DNA of 63,551 nt, filler included, from Collodictyon triciliatum (GCA_043381765.1; 22 parts of 22 records of this genome joined end to end with filler, not necessarily neighbours in it), one strand, 5' to 3'; shown: positions 37,701 through 50,602, numbered from the whole stretch's first letter. Translations and numbers: made by a program. The notes: a model not told the origin generated them from the letters alone.

Positions 37701-39811
37701 TGGAGACAGATATCACTCTTGGAGGCGAGCTCATGACTGAAATAGAAGGGTTGCTTGATGTAATGGCCAGTCCATCCGACTTCCGCACCTCCATTCGTGT
37801 GTCATCAGAAAAGTAGGCATATACTACAACATATCCCACCTTGCCTTCAAAGTCCAGATTTTGGGACACGGACGCCTTCACGCTGCTGATAGACGTGGGT
37901 GTCAAAGCGTTACTTGGAGCCACCGAAAGTATCGATACATCGGTGAACACGATTGGCATCAGCTTCGTCACGGAGACTTCGATGTCGGTCACAATTAATG
38001 AAAGCGTATTTGATGGGAATCCAGCGACATTGACTGTAGCGGCTCTTGCACCGATACCGACAATAAACGTGTTATCTTTCACGCTAATAATGCTGCTGTC
38101 AGATACCTCTAGTGTAATCAAGTCGGATACATCGGCGAAGAAGCTGTCGCTTCCGCTCACAAATGATACAGTCCCAGTGATTCTGCTACTTTGATATTTG
38201 TAGCCAGTGCAATCGGCGGTCTTGAAGTTGGAGATTCGATTGAGTATAGTGTCGGGGGCGCTTATATGGATAGGAGCTGATGGATACCACACGCGCACAC
38301 TGGTGGTTGCTCCGTTGTATGAGAGCGACACAAAGCTTGAGCCGGATGTCTCACTTCCTGTCATGACAATATTACAGCCTTGTACTGGCGCAACTTGTGG
38401 GTCGGAGCTGGTGCATGATGCTTGTGACATAATGTCTTTTGGTGTTTGAAACTCGTAGAACTCTAATACTTTCAGTGGGACGGTCACACTGCGTTTGGTG
38501 ATTACGGCTGTGTTGACGATTTGCTGCGGAAGAGAAGTAATGAAGTGGCCTCTTACAGTGTCTTGAGCGACAACAATATATCCTGTCTCGCTTGACTGTG
38601 TTATATCAAAAACAACACCGTTTGTCGACTCGCTAACTATCGGTATGTTCTGGACGTCTGTCATCTGTTTGATTACGAAGCTGACTTCGCCACTACTCTG
38701 TGTGGGCGAATCCTTCATCTTCCATGTGATTGTAGCGATGTTGATCGCTCCTGTGGCAGACGAGTCGCTGACGCCACTTTGGCGTGTCCACACAATCGAT
38801 GCACTATTTTGTTGGATGTTTGTTGCACCCGAGAACTTGCCATCTCCATTGATGCTCACAATGGACCCCACAGAGGATGGTATATTGATGACAACGTTGA
38901 AGCCTTCGAGCACTCTTCCGTTTGTGTACGCTGTGAAGGTTGATGTGAATGTGGACGAAGGTAGGTTGGGTTTCTGTGGCAGCTGCAATTTCATTCCTGC
39001 AGATGGATTGGAGCCATAGTTGGGTAAGGCGACGAGCGTAGCTGATGTCAGTGTGACCTTCTTTGTGGCGAATGTTACTACTGGGGTGATAGTGACATCT
39101 GTGGTTGTGAAGGCCGACACTGGAACTGTCAGAGTAGCCATACACGGGTTCAATCCATCGTATACGCATGAAGACATCAAGGACGGTATCTCGACTGTGC
39201 TGATTGTAATGGTTCCGCCTTTGTTGTTGGTCTCGCCGTTTTGTCCAGTGAGCCAGACACGGAGGCCGAGTGATGGCGAAGAGCTATATATCTTGGTAGG
39301 CAGTGTAATCCCAGTTGGGGCGAAGGGCTCAACTTTAGAAGGTGAAAGTTGCATAGAAGCAGAAGAAATACCAGATATTGAAGCCTGCAGGTCTATTGAT
39401 GGGACTGCGTCTGTGATTCCGGTCACATTTCGCAGATATGTCCATCTTGAAAACTTTCGGGTGTGCGGTTGAGCGTATCCGGCAGTGAATGGATTGAATT
39501 CAAGGGCGATGTCAACTTCTGGCTCACTTGGGCCGCAATCGCCGCATTGGTTATCTTCCTGACCAGGTGGACATTGCAGTGGAGACTGTGACTGTGACTG
39601 AGACTGAGACTGAGACTGAGACTGAGACTGAGACTGAGACTGAGACTGAGACTGAGACTGAGAATGAGACTGAGACTGAGACTGAGACTGAGACTGAGAC
39701 TGAGACTGAGACTGAGACTGAGACTGAGACTGAGACTGAGACTGAGACTGAGACTGAGACTGAGACTGAGACTGAGACTGAGACTGAGACTGAGACTGAG
39801 ACTGAGACTGA
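34797..39811 (-). CDS. Large intronless secreted/surface-type protein fragment (>1670 aa, open at both contig ends) with TMEM132-like, Ig-like (BIG), cohesin-like and dockerin-like modules
   Basis: The frame stays open upstream of the listed start at 39426, through an (SQ)n repeat to the contig end. TMEM132-like QIVNTAVIT...C-S-D...GC...VRVWYP...D..LNRI...C...YQ; cohesin-like VGSSLTVPVLVNTG...IDVSIMYD (~36200-36603); dockerin-like GNTDGDCEFSVGDV...DADRNGKIQVQDAIYL (~35895-36090). Confidence 0.85.
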
Positions 39812-39945
39812 NNNNNNNNNNNNNNNNNNNNNNNNNNNNNNNNNNNNNNNNNNNNTTAATTAATTAANNNNNNNNNNNNNNNNNNNNNNNNNNNNNNNNN
39901 NNNNNNNNNNNTGGTCGTAATTGCTAATCACAATATCTTTATTAG

Positions 39946-41664
39946 ATACGCGTTCTCTCACCAGCTGCTGACACAATCCATCAAAGAGCGATACTTTAAG
40001 GATGAAGCATACACAACAAGGGAAGCACGTGAATACGGATTGTGGCTGCTGGGTGAATACGGCTCTGACACTGAAGACAAGAGTGTTGTTGCCGAAATAT
40101 GTTACAATCTGAGGATTTCGAGCGAATATGATAAACTGGTGGATTTTATGAAGAGTGAAAAGGTTAAATTGTGGATTTTATTTTTATTACTGTGACCTGT
40201 GTTGTAATGTGGTTTTTAGGTTGTTGTGAGTATGCTGGATGACAACTATCGCTTCGAGTTTTATGAATGCTGGAGAGTGCTGAATAAGAAAGGATATGAC
40301 CACAAAGATGTTTATCGTGAGTTGGCCAAGGTGATAAAACTCAATTATATGTATCAATATTGAATTTATTTTAATGGATATGTATAACAGCAACTGAATC
40401 CTGCTGGCTCTGCGTTGGTTGATTATTTTCAGCAAATTCAAGAGAATGCCTTTTTGATTCCGATTCTTGAGCACCGCATTTCTGTTGAGACGGATGAGAG
40501 TATGGCCAGTTGATTTGGATTTTTGTGACAGTGTTGCTAACTTTGGTTTATCTATATTAGGTTCAAATAGCAAAAATCTGAATTTTCTAGGGTTGGTTTA
40601 CGATAACCTCGGAAAGTATGATTTATTTAATTGCGTATTTACATTTATCCTTTCAATAACATATTATTTAATAGGAATGACAAGGCTCTGGAGTACTACC
40701 ACAAATCATTGGAAATCCAACTGAAAGTGTTTGGAGAAGTGCACCCTAGTGTTGCCACAACATATAATAATATTGGGCTGGTTTACAATAACCTCGGAAA
40801 GTATCTTTTATTAGACTATGTATTTATGTTTATCCTTCCTTAACATATTATTTAATAGGAATGACAAAGCTCTGGAGTACCACCACAAATCATTGGAAAT
40901 CCGACTGAAAGTATTTGGAGAAATTCACCCTGATGTTGCCGCTTCATATAATAATATTGGGAACGTTTACAGTGACCTTGGAAAGTATCTTTTATTTGAT
41001 TATATATTTATGTTCATCCTTCCTTAACATATTATTTAATAGGAATGACAAAGCCCTGGAGTACTACCACAAATCACTGGAAATCCGACTGAAAGTGTTT
41101 GGAGAAGTCCACCCTGATATTGCGATGTCATATAATAACATTGGGCTGGTTTACAAGAAGCTCGGAAAGTATCTTTTAATTTGATTTTGTTTATGTTTAT
41201 CTTTTTATTAACTTATTATTTAACAGGAATGACAAAGCCCTGGAATACTATCACAAATCACTGGAAATTAAGCTGAAAGTGTTTGGAGAGAACCACCCAA
41301 ATGTTGCGATGTCATATAATAACATTGGAGCCGTTTACATGAATCTTGGAAAGTATTTTTTATTTGATTATATTTATGTTTATCTTTCATTAACTTATTA
41401 TTTAATAGATATGACAAAGCACTGGAATACTTTCACAAATCATTGGAAATTCGACTGAAAGTGTTTGGAGAAATCCACCCTGGTGTTGCCAATACATACT
41501 ACAATATTGGGCTGGTTTACAAGAGCCAGAAGAAATACCAAGAGGCTGTGGACATGTACCAAAAAGCCAAGAAGGTGTATGAGCATGTGTATGGTGCAAA
41601 CCATTCCGAGACGAAGGATGCAGAAAAGCAAATGATGAATGCACAGAAGATGCTGACCCGATAA
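39946..41664 (+). CDS. STAND (NACHT/NPHP3-like) protein C-terminal part with kinesin-light-chain-type 42-aa TPR array
   Basis: YAFSHQLLTQSIKERY resembles the winged helix of NACHT/NPHP3-type NTPases. Repeats of consensus NDKALEYYHKSLEIRLKVFGEVHPDVAxSYNNIGxVY follow. Stop at 41662-41664. Confidence 0.85.
40616..41530 (+). repeat. Tandem ~184-bp intron+exon units (126-nt exon plus 56-59-nt intron)
   Basis: Exons 40675-40800, 40859-40984, 41043-41168 and 41227-41352. Introns 40616-40674, 40801-40858, 40985-41042, 41169-41226 and 41353-41408 are similar to each other. Confidence 0.95.
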
Positions 41665-42476
41665 GTGGCTCGTCTGTCACCCACCCCATCTAAACAACCC
41701 ATTCATCCACCCATACACCACCACCCTTTCCACAAAAACAAGTACAAGTGAGTACTATCTCGATGACCGCCAAACTGAATGAGTGCAGACGACTGCTAGC
41801 TTGTTCGCAGAGGCTGGATGAAAAGAATAAAAAAAAAAACTAATCAACCTAACCTTTCCAGCAGTTGCCGATAAACGTGACACGTCTCCTGTTTGTTTGA
41901 TAATCGACCTTGAGTATGTATCACAGGCGAAAAGAATGATTATGTGTTGGTTATCATTGTGCTACTGAGCGTATGCTTTTATTTGATTCATTCATATTAT
42001 TATTTTTTATTTTTCGCTTGGTTAAGTGTCGCAATGTCAGCTTCATGGACATAATCTTTTCTTTTTCTTTTTGCGCCCATGATGATGGTGGGCTGTAACG
42101 ATACATGCGCTCGCTTTGTGTGCCTTTATTCTGTCTTATATTATATTCATCGACTTACTTGAAGGCTGTCGGTATCTTGACCAACTGTATTATTGTCTGT
42201 TGCATCTGCAGTTGTTTGATTATTCGGCGAAGTGTTTTGTTGTTTTGTGTTTTGTATAAGTTTATTGGCTCCACAGTGCGATTAGTCTCGGTTTTTTCTT
42301 TGACATTCACCTGCTCACTACAACTCTTTTCGTTTACTTTTTCTCTTTTATTCTGTTTTCTTCTCTTTTCTTCTATTTTCTTCTGTTTTCTTCTGTTTTC
42401 TTCTGTTTTCTTCTGTTTTCTTCTGTTTTCTTCTCTTCCTTTTTTTTGTTTTCTTCTGTTTTCTTCTGTTTTCTTC

Positions 42477-42582
<106 letters not shown>

Positions 42583-42682
42583 NNNNNNNNNNNNNNNNNN
42601 NNNNNNNNNNNNNNNNNNNNNNNNNNTTAATTAATTAANNNNNNNNNNNNNNNNNNNNNNNNNNNNNNNNNNNNNNNNNNNN

Positions 42683-42776
<94 letters not shown>

Positions 42777-42874
42777 TTGCTCGATCTAATATCACAAAAT
42801 TATAACATAAACATCAGTTTCAAAAGCAGGTTTATCTTTGTGACATTAAAATAAATTTGTAATATCTGCAATAG

Positions 42875-44567
42875 ATTATACTGTGGACGAATTAATTCAG
42901 ATGTTTACCGAAGAGGCTTTTCTGATTTATCTCTTCTTTGTCCTAATAATATCCTCATTTCTTACAATCATCTATTACCAGATGTCTGATGAAGATGCTG
43001 CTTTGGTAAGCCTGTACCTCGATTCTTTTTTAATATTTTTTTTTATCGGTTCCACTTCAATTGCGCGTACAGTTTAAACGATGGACTTAATGCATATGTA
43101 GGATTCTAAATGGGATAATAACCGAATATTGAAACAAGTGACATGCTATGCTACAACCTCGGCGATGATAGGATCGCTAAGCGTTCTGCTATCCAAATCT
43201 TTGTAATTCGGGAAATACACCAAAATATGAAAAATTTACGCTTATTTTGCATTTATGTGAAATGCCATAAATCTATACAGCAACTTCATGATATTAGCTC
43301 GGTTCTCTGAATACTTAATGATTAAATTAAATCCAATTAGCTCCCAGTTGATTCGAATTACCCTTGCCGGAGAAAACCAATTTATATATGTCTTCCCATA
43401 CCTTCTTTTCTCTGGGTGGCTTGGGCTCAGCTTATTCTGGGTACCTTCTCGAATAGTATTATAAATATTTATTTTAATCATTCCATCCAATTGGTATATA
43501 GTCTCTGCGCTGCATGATATCATTTCATTTTGTTCCGAAAACCTGGCTGGCTTTCACACCAAACCATTCCCTCCAAATATAAGACACCAATATTCTCCCT
43601 TATATAAATGATAATATAGATTAACATAATCATCGTGCACTCTTTTGAGTGAATATGCGCAGTCAATACATGATGAAAGGGATTGATCTTGAAATCAAAA
43701 TTGTTCAGAAAACTTTTCAAAATAGGTAATAAAATGCTATTAAATGATTTTCAATTCGATGACAGATGAAGCGCTTGAACAGTGGCCTTCGATTGTTTCC
43801 AAGTCTCCTGATTGTTCCTGCTCTTCAAGTATGTTGGACGGTCTTCTCTATATTGAGCGGTGGCATTTATTTTGGAGAGTTTGGACATTTCACATGGTGA
43901 GTCATTTGAAAATCTACAAATGAAACAGTTGCTGTATCATATAAACATTATTTACCACGACCAACACCAACACCATCACTTTTATTCTTTACTAATATCT
44001 TCCATTTCAAACTGATGATCTAATAGGGTGCAATATATAGGATTTGGCCTTGGAGTTGGGATTATCATATCTGGTGTGTATCGACTCGGTCCCACCAACC
44101 CAGACTTTGAACCCGTTACTGGTAATATTTGGAAAACACATCTTAGCTCAGTTACATATATAAATACGAACTGTCCTCACTTTAGATCGGTGAATAAACT
44201 GTGGATAAAATCAAATAACACAAGATAATTACACCACTGCGTGAGCACAATAAAATCACAACAATAGATAAACAATAGCATGACTCTGGGGAGGAGCTCA
44301 CTTTATTTTTTCTTCATAGACATGCGTGAGATGGAGCATAGAGGGGCTTACCTGGGACAGCAAGACGAGCTAAGCGAACTGAATGCCCTCATAGAGCCCG
44401 ATTTCGAGCCCAGACACACACCGATGCCACCAGAAAGCTTTGTCAATGCTACTGGAATAGACACTGACTCTGTTATTGATGATGTATCCACTGGAGACGT
44501 ATCATCTCTTGGGCGCCGCTTAAGACGTGCCCTTAGTATCGGGACTGGGCAATTGCATCCATCTTAA
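42875..44567 (+). CDS. NIPA-family (DUF803) magnesium transporter, 3' part
   Basis: IGSLSVLLSKS, GENQF...PY, LNSGLRLFPSLLIVPALQVCWTVFSILSGGIYFGEF, FGLGVGIIISGVY across GT-AG exons. Confidence 0.88.
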
Positions 44568-44884
44568 AAAACAGAAGAAAAAAAAAAAAGAAAGAAAAGG
44601 AGCCACTCCAATAAAGAAAATGGATTATATTTTGAACCTTATTCTGTGATGGCGGTATCGAACAGCTGATTTTTTTATATGAAATAAAAAAAAAGATAAA
44701 TGCAAAATGCAAAATGCAAAATGCAAAATACAAAATACAAAATAGACAAGAGACAAAGTAGTGAATATGAAGGAATCAAGTATGGAAGAGGAAAATGTAA
44801 ACCACACGCGATTACAACCTTTGGACGGTTTCAGAACAAAGAAAATTTTTATGTACTGGAAACAACCCTGGCCAACATCGTGTA

Positions 44885-45157
44885 TCAGTCCCCTTTTTTT
44901 GAGGGCTGTGCAGAGGCTCTTTTTCTTTCTGTAAGAACGGTATGTAGGATGTGCCTCAGAGAATTTTCTTGATGGTGTAATTCCTCTTCTCTTCGTCTTT
45001 CCATAGCCTCTGATTGTTTTAAAAGGCCCTCAACATAATGGCGTATAGGCTTTTGACTTCTAGCTTTTGGTTGGACACCAGTAAAACGGACTGTAGAACT
45101 GGGCCCCATCTCTACCGATTGTACTGTGGGGATTACACTTTCAGATTGGTTTTTGTC
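44885..45157 (-). CDS. Terminal exon of an unidentified gene
   Basis: A TAG acceptor precedes an open frame ending RHYVEGLLKQSEAMERRREEELHHQ...KKGD*. Confidence 0.4.
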   Translation of the reverse strand, partial: DKNQSESVIPTVQSVEMGPSSTVRFTGVQPKARSQKPIRHYVEGLLKQSEAMERRREEELHHQENSLRHILHTVLTERKRASAQPSKKGD

Positions 45158-45453
45158 CTATTTTTTTAATCATAATTATTAAATTATATGGAATCGACAG
45201 ATTTTATACTGGCAGGATTAAGTATGCCAATTAATTACGGCGTGTAAACTTAAAGAAAGAGAAAGAGAAAGAGAAAGAGAAAGAGAAAGAGAAAGAGAAA
45301 GAGAAAGAGAAAGAGAAAGAGAAAGAGAAAGAGAAAGAGAAAGAGAAAGAGAANNNNNNNNNNNNNNNNNNNNNNNNNNNNNNNNNNNNNNNNNNNNTTA
45401 ATTAATTAANNNNNNNNNNNNNNNNNNNNNNNNNNNNNNNNNNNNNNNNNNNN

Positions 45454-46040
45454 GCTCTACATCTTCGGATTCTGGGGCAACGACCTGCTCTTTCCTGGAG
45501 TTTGCAGAAGCTGAAGAGCTCTGCTTGTTCATAAAAAATTACATGGCACTTAGACGACATCACCTCAAATATTTCCTGCATACAATGCAAGGCCTTTTAT
45601 ACCTGCATTCACATGGCCGAAGGTTCATCCAGCGCCGTGGCCTCAAGATCTAAAACTTCCTGCTTGTGAACGGCATTTCCGAGCTGAACAACATCAGCCT
45701 TGTAAAATTGGCGCGTCCATCAACTCGGTTGAGTGGCTTCAAAGGCTCAAAGAACTGGTTGCCTCACGAGGTCTTTCGAGATTGGAAAAGGTATTGGCTG
45801 CCTAGTGACACCAACTCCTATGAGATGGTCTTCTGGTCTATCTTGAGTATATCATATTAGTATGAGCCATCACTATAGAATGAGGTCAGCACAAGAGCCA
45901 CGGGCGGTGAATTTCTTCCTCTCTCTCCCATCGCATCATGTCCTCCTTGACTCGCAGTTCTGAACCACAAACGCTGGGATAGAAACTACGAAGCTCGCAT
46001 CAATTCCCGACAGATCAAGGCTGAGCTCAAAGAGCTCCGC
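45454..46040 (+). pseudogene. Decayed protein kinase (TKL-like) pseudogene
   Basis: One frame reads LEFAE...GLLYLHSHG..FIQRRGLKI*NFLL...LNNISL...GFKGSKNWLPHEV...Y...SD..SYEMVFW...CPP*L...W......R. Subdomains V-XI are present, but HRD, DFG and APE are all eroded and there are 4 in-frame stops (first at 45651). Confidence 0.8.
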
Positions 46041-48508
46041 CACCATCAAACCGGTTGTAATCAAGGTCACCCCAAGAACGGGCTTTGTCAGCGTCGCGGA
46101 TGCCGAAGAGTTTGTCACTTATCCCGAGGAGAAGTCCACTACGAAGTTGCGTCCAAATCTGCATGTACAAATGAAATAAGCAACTCGAGTTTGATATCCT
46201 CATCGACGAGCATGTGAGGGTTCTTATTAGAGTTCAAGATCTTCCTCATGCAAGCTGAACAAATATTAGAGGAGACCAGACAGTCTCAAGCTCGGCATTT
46301 CAAAACCATCTCTCAGTCCATTTGTTATAATTTGCGAGTTTTGAGGCTTCTGCTCAGCCTCGTTGATTTATGTCCTTATTACCCATACATCCCTGACGCA
46401 TACGCAGCATATTCATAATTCTGACAGAAACTCTGCAGCTTTGCTTCTTTGTTGATATAATAGTAAGTGGGAAGGCAAAATAAAAAAACCTTCATCATGC
46501 GTAAATATGAACAGAAGCAGATTGAACTGAAGCAAATGCATCTAAATAATTCCATAAATAGAAATAATCTAAAATATACAAAAGCGGATATTATATAGTT
46601 ATTGAATTATTTCGACATTATAATTCTGGTTTAAAAATTCTGTTGCAATTATTTGATTGCATGTAACATTATTAATTAAACGTACCGATTCCACACGATT
46701 TCATTACATGTTCGGTATTCACATTGCACACATTTATCACATGCGCTAATCAAGAACAACCCACGAGCTCAAGGAATCGGGGCTACTGAATGCTATGATG
46801 ATAGTAAAAATAGCCAATAACCCGAAACAGAACAGCAACGTTGGTTAAAGTGGCGCTAGTTATCTAAAAGGTGAAGTGTCTTTTATTCAGAATTCGATCT
46901 ATTTCTTTGAATGGTTCAAGAATTGTGGCTAATTTATTAACCCTAATTAGGAAAAAACTTCGCATTGGTTCGTTTTTACTGAATTATATGTTTTAGTATC
47001 TTCGAAAAATTCTAAGAATTCTCGTAGAAAACCAAAACATATCAAATATGGAAAATATAATTAATGATTTATTAAATTTAAGGAAATCATAGAACTGAGA
47101 AACGTATTAAATGTACCTAGCGTAATATTCCATCTCATGCTTTTATTCTTTTCTCGAGCCCTTACCGCTCTCAATTAATGTTGTCACTCTTTGTCAAATC
47201 ACAAAAGCACGCGGGTGGAGTATCGTATCATATGTTGATTAGATGCAACAATATTGCATGTCTTTCTATCTTTAATTAAAACAGTCCCATCCTCATCAAT
47301 ACTTTTACAAAAAGACGCAATTATGCGCATTACAGATGGTAGATGGTTTGTGCCTGATGGGTGAAAAGAAAAGACAGTTGAGAAATAGAGACGATTGGAT
47401 TTTGGCGAGCGAGGCGACATGTCGACAGATTATATGGGTAAATAACAGTGAATCTATTCGGAAATCAAGCATTCATTTGCCTCAGGTTTCCTGATTGCTA
47501 CCTGCCAGGATTGTTTAAACATATAAAGATAGCAAGACAGCAATTATGATAAAATGTCTACTTGATGTAATTCAGCGTATCGTTATCAAATATGGTGTAT
47601 GATTGAATAATGTTGGGTTGGAGACGCATGAGCCATCCATTGACTTGATAGAAAAAAACCAACATGGCTCCGCAAAGTGCCTTTTTTTTTTTTTCTGGAC
47701 ACCGTTTATGCTGGGTCCAAATATCTCTTGGATAAGCTGAAAGCTGCATAAATCCTGATAGTGCATCGCATAGTCTCGCCCTAGTGCCACATAGATTTGG
47801 GATGGTAATATATGTATGTTTGTGCTCAACAGAGTTGTCCCCGTTTTTTGGGAGACTGGATTATTGAAGGATTTTTTTTCCTTTATTCGATTTAAAGTGT
47901 AGCGAGGTTATGCCATACAAAGGGGCGGGATGGGAGCGCATGGGAGAGAGCAAACGCGAGTAGGGGAAGGCACTACCGTGGAGAGGCTAGCACTGGAAAG
48001 AAATCAGTGATAGCGAGTTGGTCAGGTGGGCGACCCAACTGGTTGATTGGTTGCGTGGGTAGCAGGGGTTGGATATGCTGTGGGAGATATCGCACGACAC
48101 GTTCCCACATCTCTCTTCGCTTNNNNNNNNNNNNNNNNNNNNNNNNNNNNNNNNNNNNNNNNNNNNTTAATTAATTAANNNNNNNNNNNNNNNNNNNNNN
48201 NNNNNNNNNNNNNNNNNNNNNNTGTTTTTTATTGTTTTTTATTGTTTTTTATTGTTTTTTATTGTTTTTTATTGTTTTTTATTGTTTTTTATTGTTTTTT
48301 ATTGTTTTTTATTGTTTTTTTGCGAGTTTGGGATACTGTAGGAGTTGAATTAGTGGAAACGCACGTATCGCCATTATCCCTTTTCCTTTATTTGGTTCAA
48401 CTTCGGGGGCTACGAAATGTGGGCACTTACGGTAAAATAATAATAGTAGAAAAATAACAATAAAGAGACAGAGCAGACAACAACCAATATTGGAGGTCTT
48501 AGAAACCA

Positions 48509-50602
48509 TCATCTGGTATGCAGCTCTTCAACACGAGTATTTTCGCTGATAAAGACGGCGCGGTTGGGATGTTTGTAGTAGCTCCACAAAAATCGCATGA
48601 GAAATAGGCTGATTGATAAAGTGGAGGAAGTGAGCGTGATTTTGGAGGAGGCCAGCTGGATTCCAGAGAGGTGGACAAACCTGTCCTTTGAAAAGCTATT
48701 GCCAATATTGAGTTTGCACAAAATGGATATCAAGAGTCCCCAACTAGCGCCCAGTATTGCAAAATATGATAACTTTCTATACTTTATGTGGAAGGTGTCA
48801 ATCATTATGAACCATAAGATGGATTGGACGCTGTAAAACCAAAATATCATGCGGCTATCCCAACCAGATAGCACGCCCGCGGCTACGAATATCTTGCAGA
48901 TAAGGAACATCAAGTACCAAAAGTCGAAAGAATGGAGCATGCGACGCGCCATGAACAGATTTGACATTATGGTCATTTGAATGGTGTAATAGAGAATCGA
49001 TGCCAAAGTGATGCCTGTGCCGATATAATAAATCATGGCATTCACTTCAAATCCGATAGCAAACCAGATTGTAAAAACAATTGAAATCACGCACAAAGTC
49101 ATGCCTACCTTGTGGTATACCTTCGATTTCAGAACCTTTTGCAATAAAGGGAATCTCCCGTCGATGTGACGACAATATATCGTTTCTTCGAGGCTGTACG
49201 ATATTATTTTGTCCTCCAGAACCCCAAGTACAAGCTTGGTCTTTGATTCGACTGGCTGTGAATCGTCAATATTTGTCGTAGCGACTGAATCAAATCTATA
49301 TGTCGAATCATGCATATGTATTGACTCTTGCCGATCATTTTCTATTCGTTCCATCTCACAATGGAATTCGTACGGGATATCACTGACACCAGCAGCTTGT
49401 ATCCCTTTACCATCATTATCCTTATTTTTCGCACCAAATTGATGCGAGCCTGGCGGTGGTCTTGATTGGAATTCTTTAGAACTGTTATTATGTGAATTCT
49501 TAACTTCTTGTGCTCTAATGTTTTTGTTTGGTGTTTTTTGGGGGATGTAATAGTGCATGCTATCATCAATCTCATATGAATTCGACAGGAATGTAATGGA
49601 TGTCGTTCTCTTTTGAATAAGATGTGTGTTTATAATTCTCAGAAGATACACTATCAATGTCACCAAGTTGTCTACTGCCTGAAGGCGAAAGTCTATTAAC
49701 TCAATCCCATCAGATTTGTAGTATATTTTTTCTCTATCGAAGTTCACGACTCGCAACATAAAAAGAAAAACCACAGGTATGTATGCCACAATACCAAGAG
49801 CAACAGAAATTTTCATCATATGTAGATGTTTCGTGGCCAAAGCATCGAACAAAACCATCAGCAGTATGCTGGATATAGAATGAACCAAACCACACAGCAC
49901 GTCGATACGTTGTCCGAGTAAAAGCACCATGCATACATGGAAAGAGAAGACATTCCATAATGTAAACCAGAAGTCAAATGATTTGGCCAGTTCCCTTACA
50001 ATATCCACCCGGATGAAAATGGAGTGATGGATGTAGAAGTTGACTAGCAAGGATATTTCTAAAGGGACATACACTTGCGAAGGGAAAAGCGAAAATCCGT
50101 AGAAAATCGAGAGACCATTTACACAACATACGACCCAAGCCGCGAAAATAATCAGAGTTGTAATCTTATGCTTGTATAGCACCAAAACAGAATGGAATAT
50201 CCGTTGATTTGTCACAATTGACGACAACAAGGTTTTTCTTTTTTCAATTGACTTGGCCCTTTTTCTCAGTATTAGCCTCATTGAAGAGTGGCCACCGCTA
50301 TTTGCATCAGTATCTCTTGAATATTCGTCGCTGGTTTGCACTGGACTTGCAGGATTCTTTTTGTGCTCTAGCATGTTTTCGGCAGAGCAACCAGCCTCGA
50401 CTGATCGATTGGCGTGGTCGTGCACCGCATGATGTTCTTTGACTTTGTGTGGGATTGTGTCGCTGCTTCTTGATAAATCCCGTGTCTCAGCAGCACTCTT
50501 TTCTTCCTCGCCGAAGCGTGTCTCTTGCCATACCTGTCTGGCCTCACCATCCTGTCGATCCGCCGGCGCTTGGTGCGAAGCAGCTACCCTCATGTCCCGC
50601 AT
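48509..50602 (-). CDS. Intronless 697-aa polytopic membrane protein made of two homologous TM halves
   Basis: Long ORF with a duplicated signature: ELAKSFDFWF...FDA in the first half and RMLHSFDFWY...IDT in the second, separated by a hydrophilic linker. Confidence 0.85.
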   Translation of the reverse strand: MRDMRVAASHQAPADRQDGEARQVWQETRFGEEEKSAAETRDLSRSSDTIPHKVKEHHAVHDHANRSVEAGCSAENMLEHKKNPASPVQTSDEYSRDTDANSGGHSSMRLILRKRAKSIEKRKTLLSSIVTNQRIFHSVLVLYKHKITTLIIFAAWVVCCVNGLSIFYGFSLFPSQVYVPLEISLLVNFYIHHSIFIRVDIVRELAKSFDFWFTLWNVFSFHVCMVLLLGQRIDVLCGLVHSISSILLMVLFDALATKHLHMMKISVALGIVAYIPVVFLFMLRVVNFDREKIYYKSDGIELIDFRLQAVDNLVTLIVYLLRIINTHLIQKRTTSITFLSNSYEIDDSMHYYIPQKTPNKNIRAQEVKNSHNNSSKEFQSRPPPGSHQFGAKNKDNDGKGIQAAGVSDIPYEFHCEMERIENDRQESIHMHDSTYRFDSVATTNIDDSQPVESKTKLVLGVLEDKIISYSLEETIYCRHIDGRFPLLQKVLKSKVYHKVGMTLCVISIVFTIWFAIGFEVNAMIYYIGTGITLASILYYTIQMTIMSNLFMARRMLHSFDFWYLMFLICKIFVAAGVLSGWDSRMIFWFYSVQSILWFIMIDTFHIKYRKLSYFAILGASWGLLISILCKLNIGNSFSKDRFVHLSGIQLASSKITLTSSTLSISLFLMRFLWSYYKHPNRAVFISENTRVEELHTR

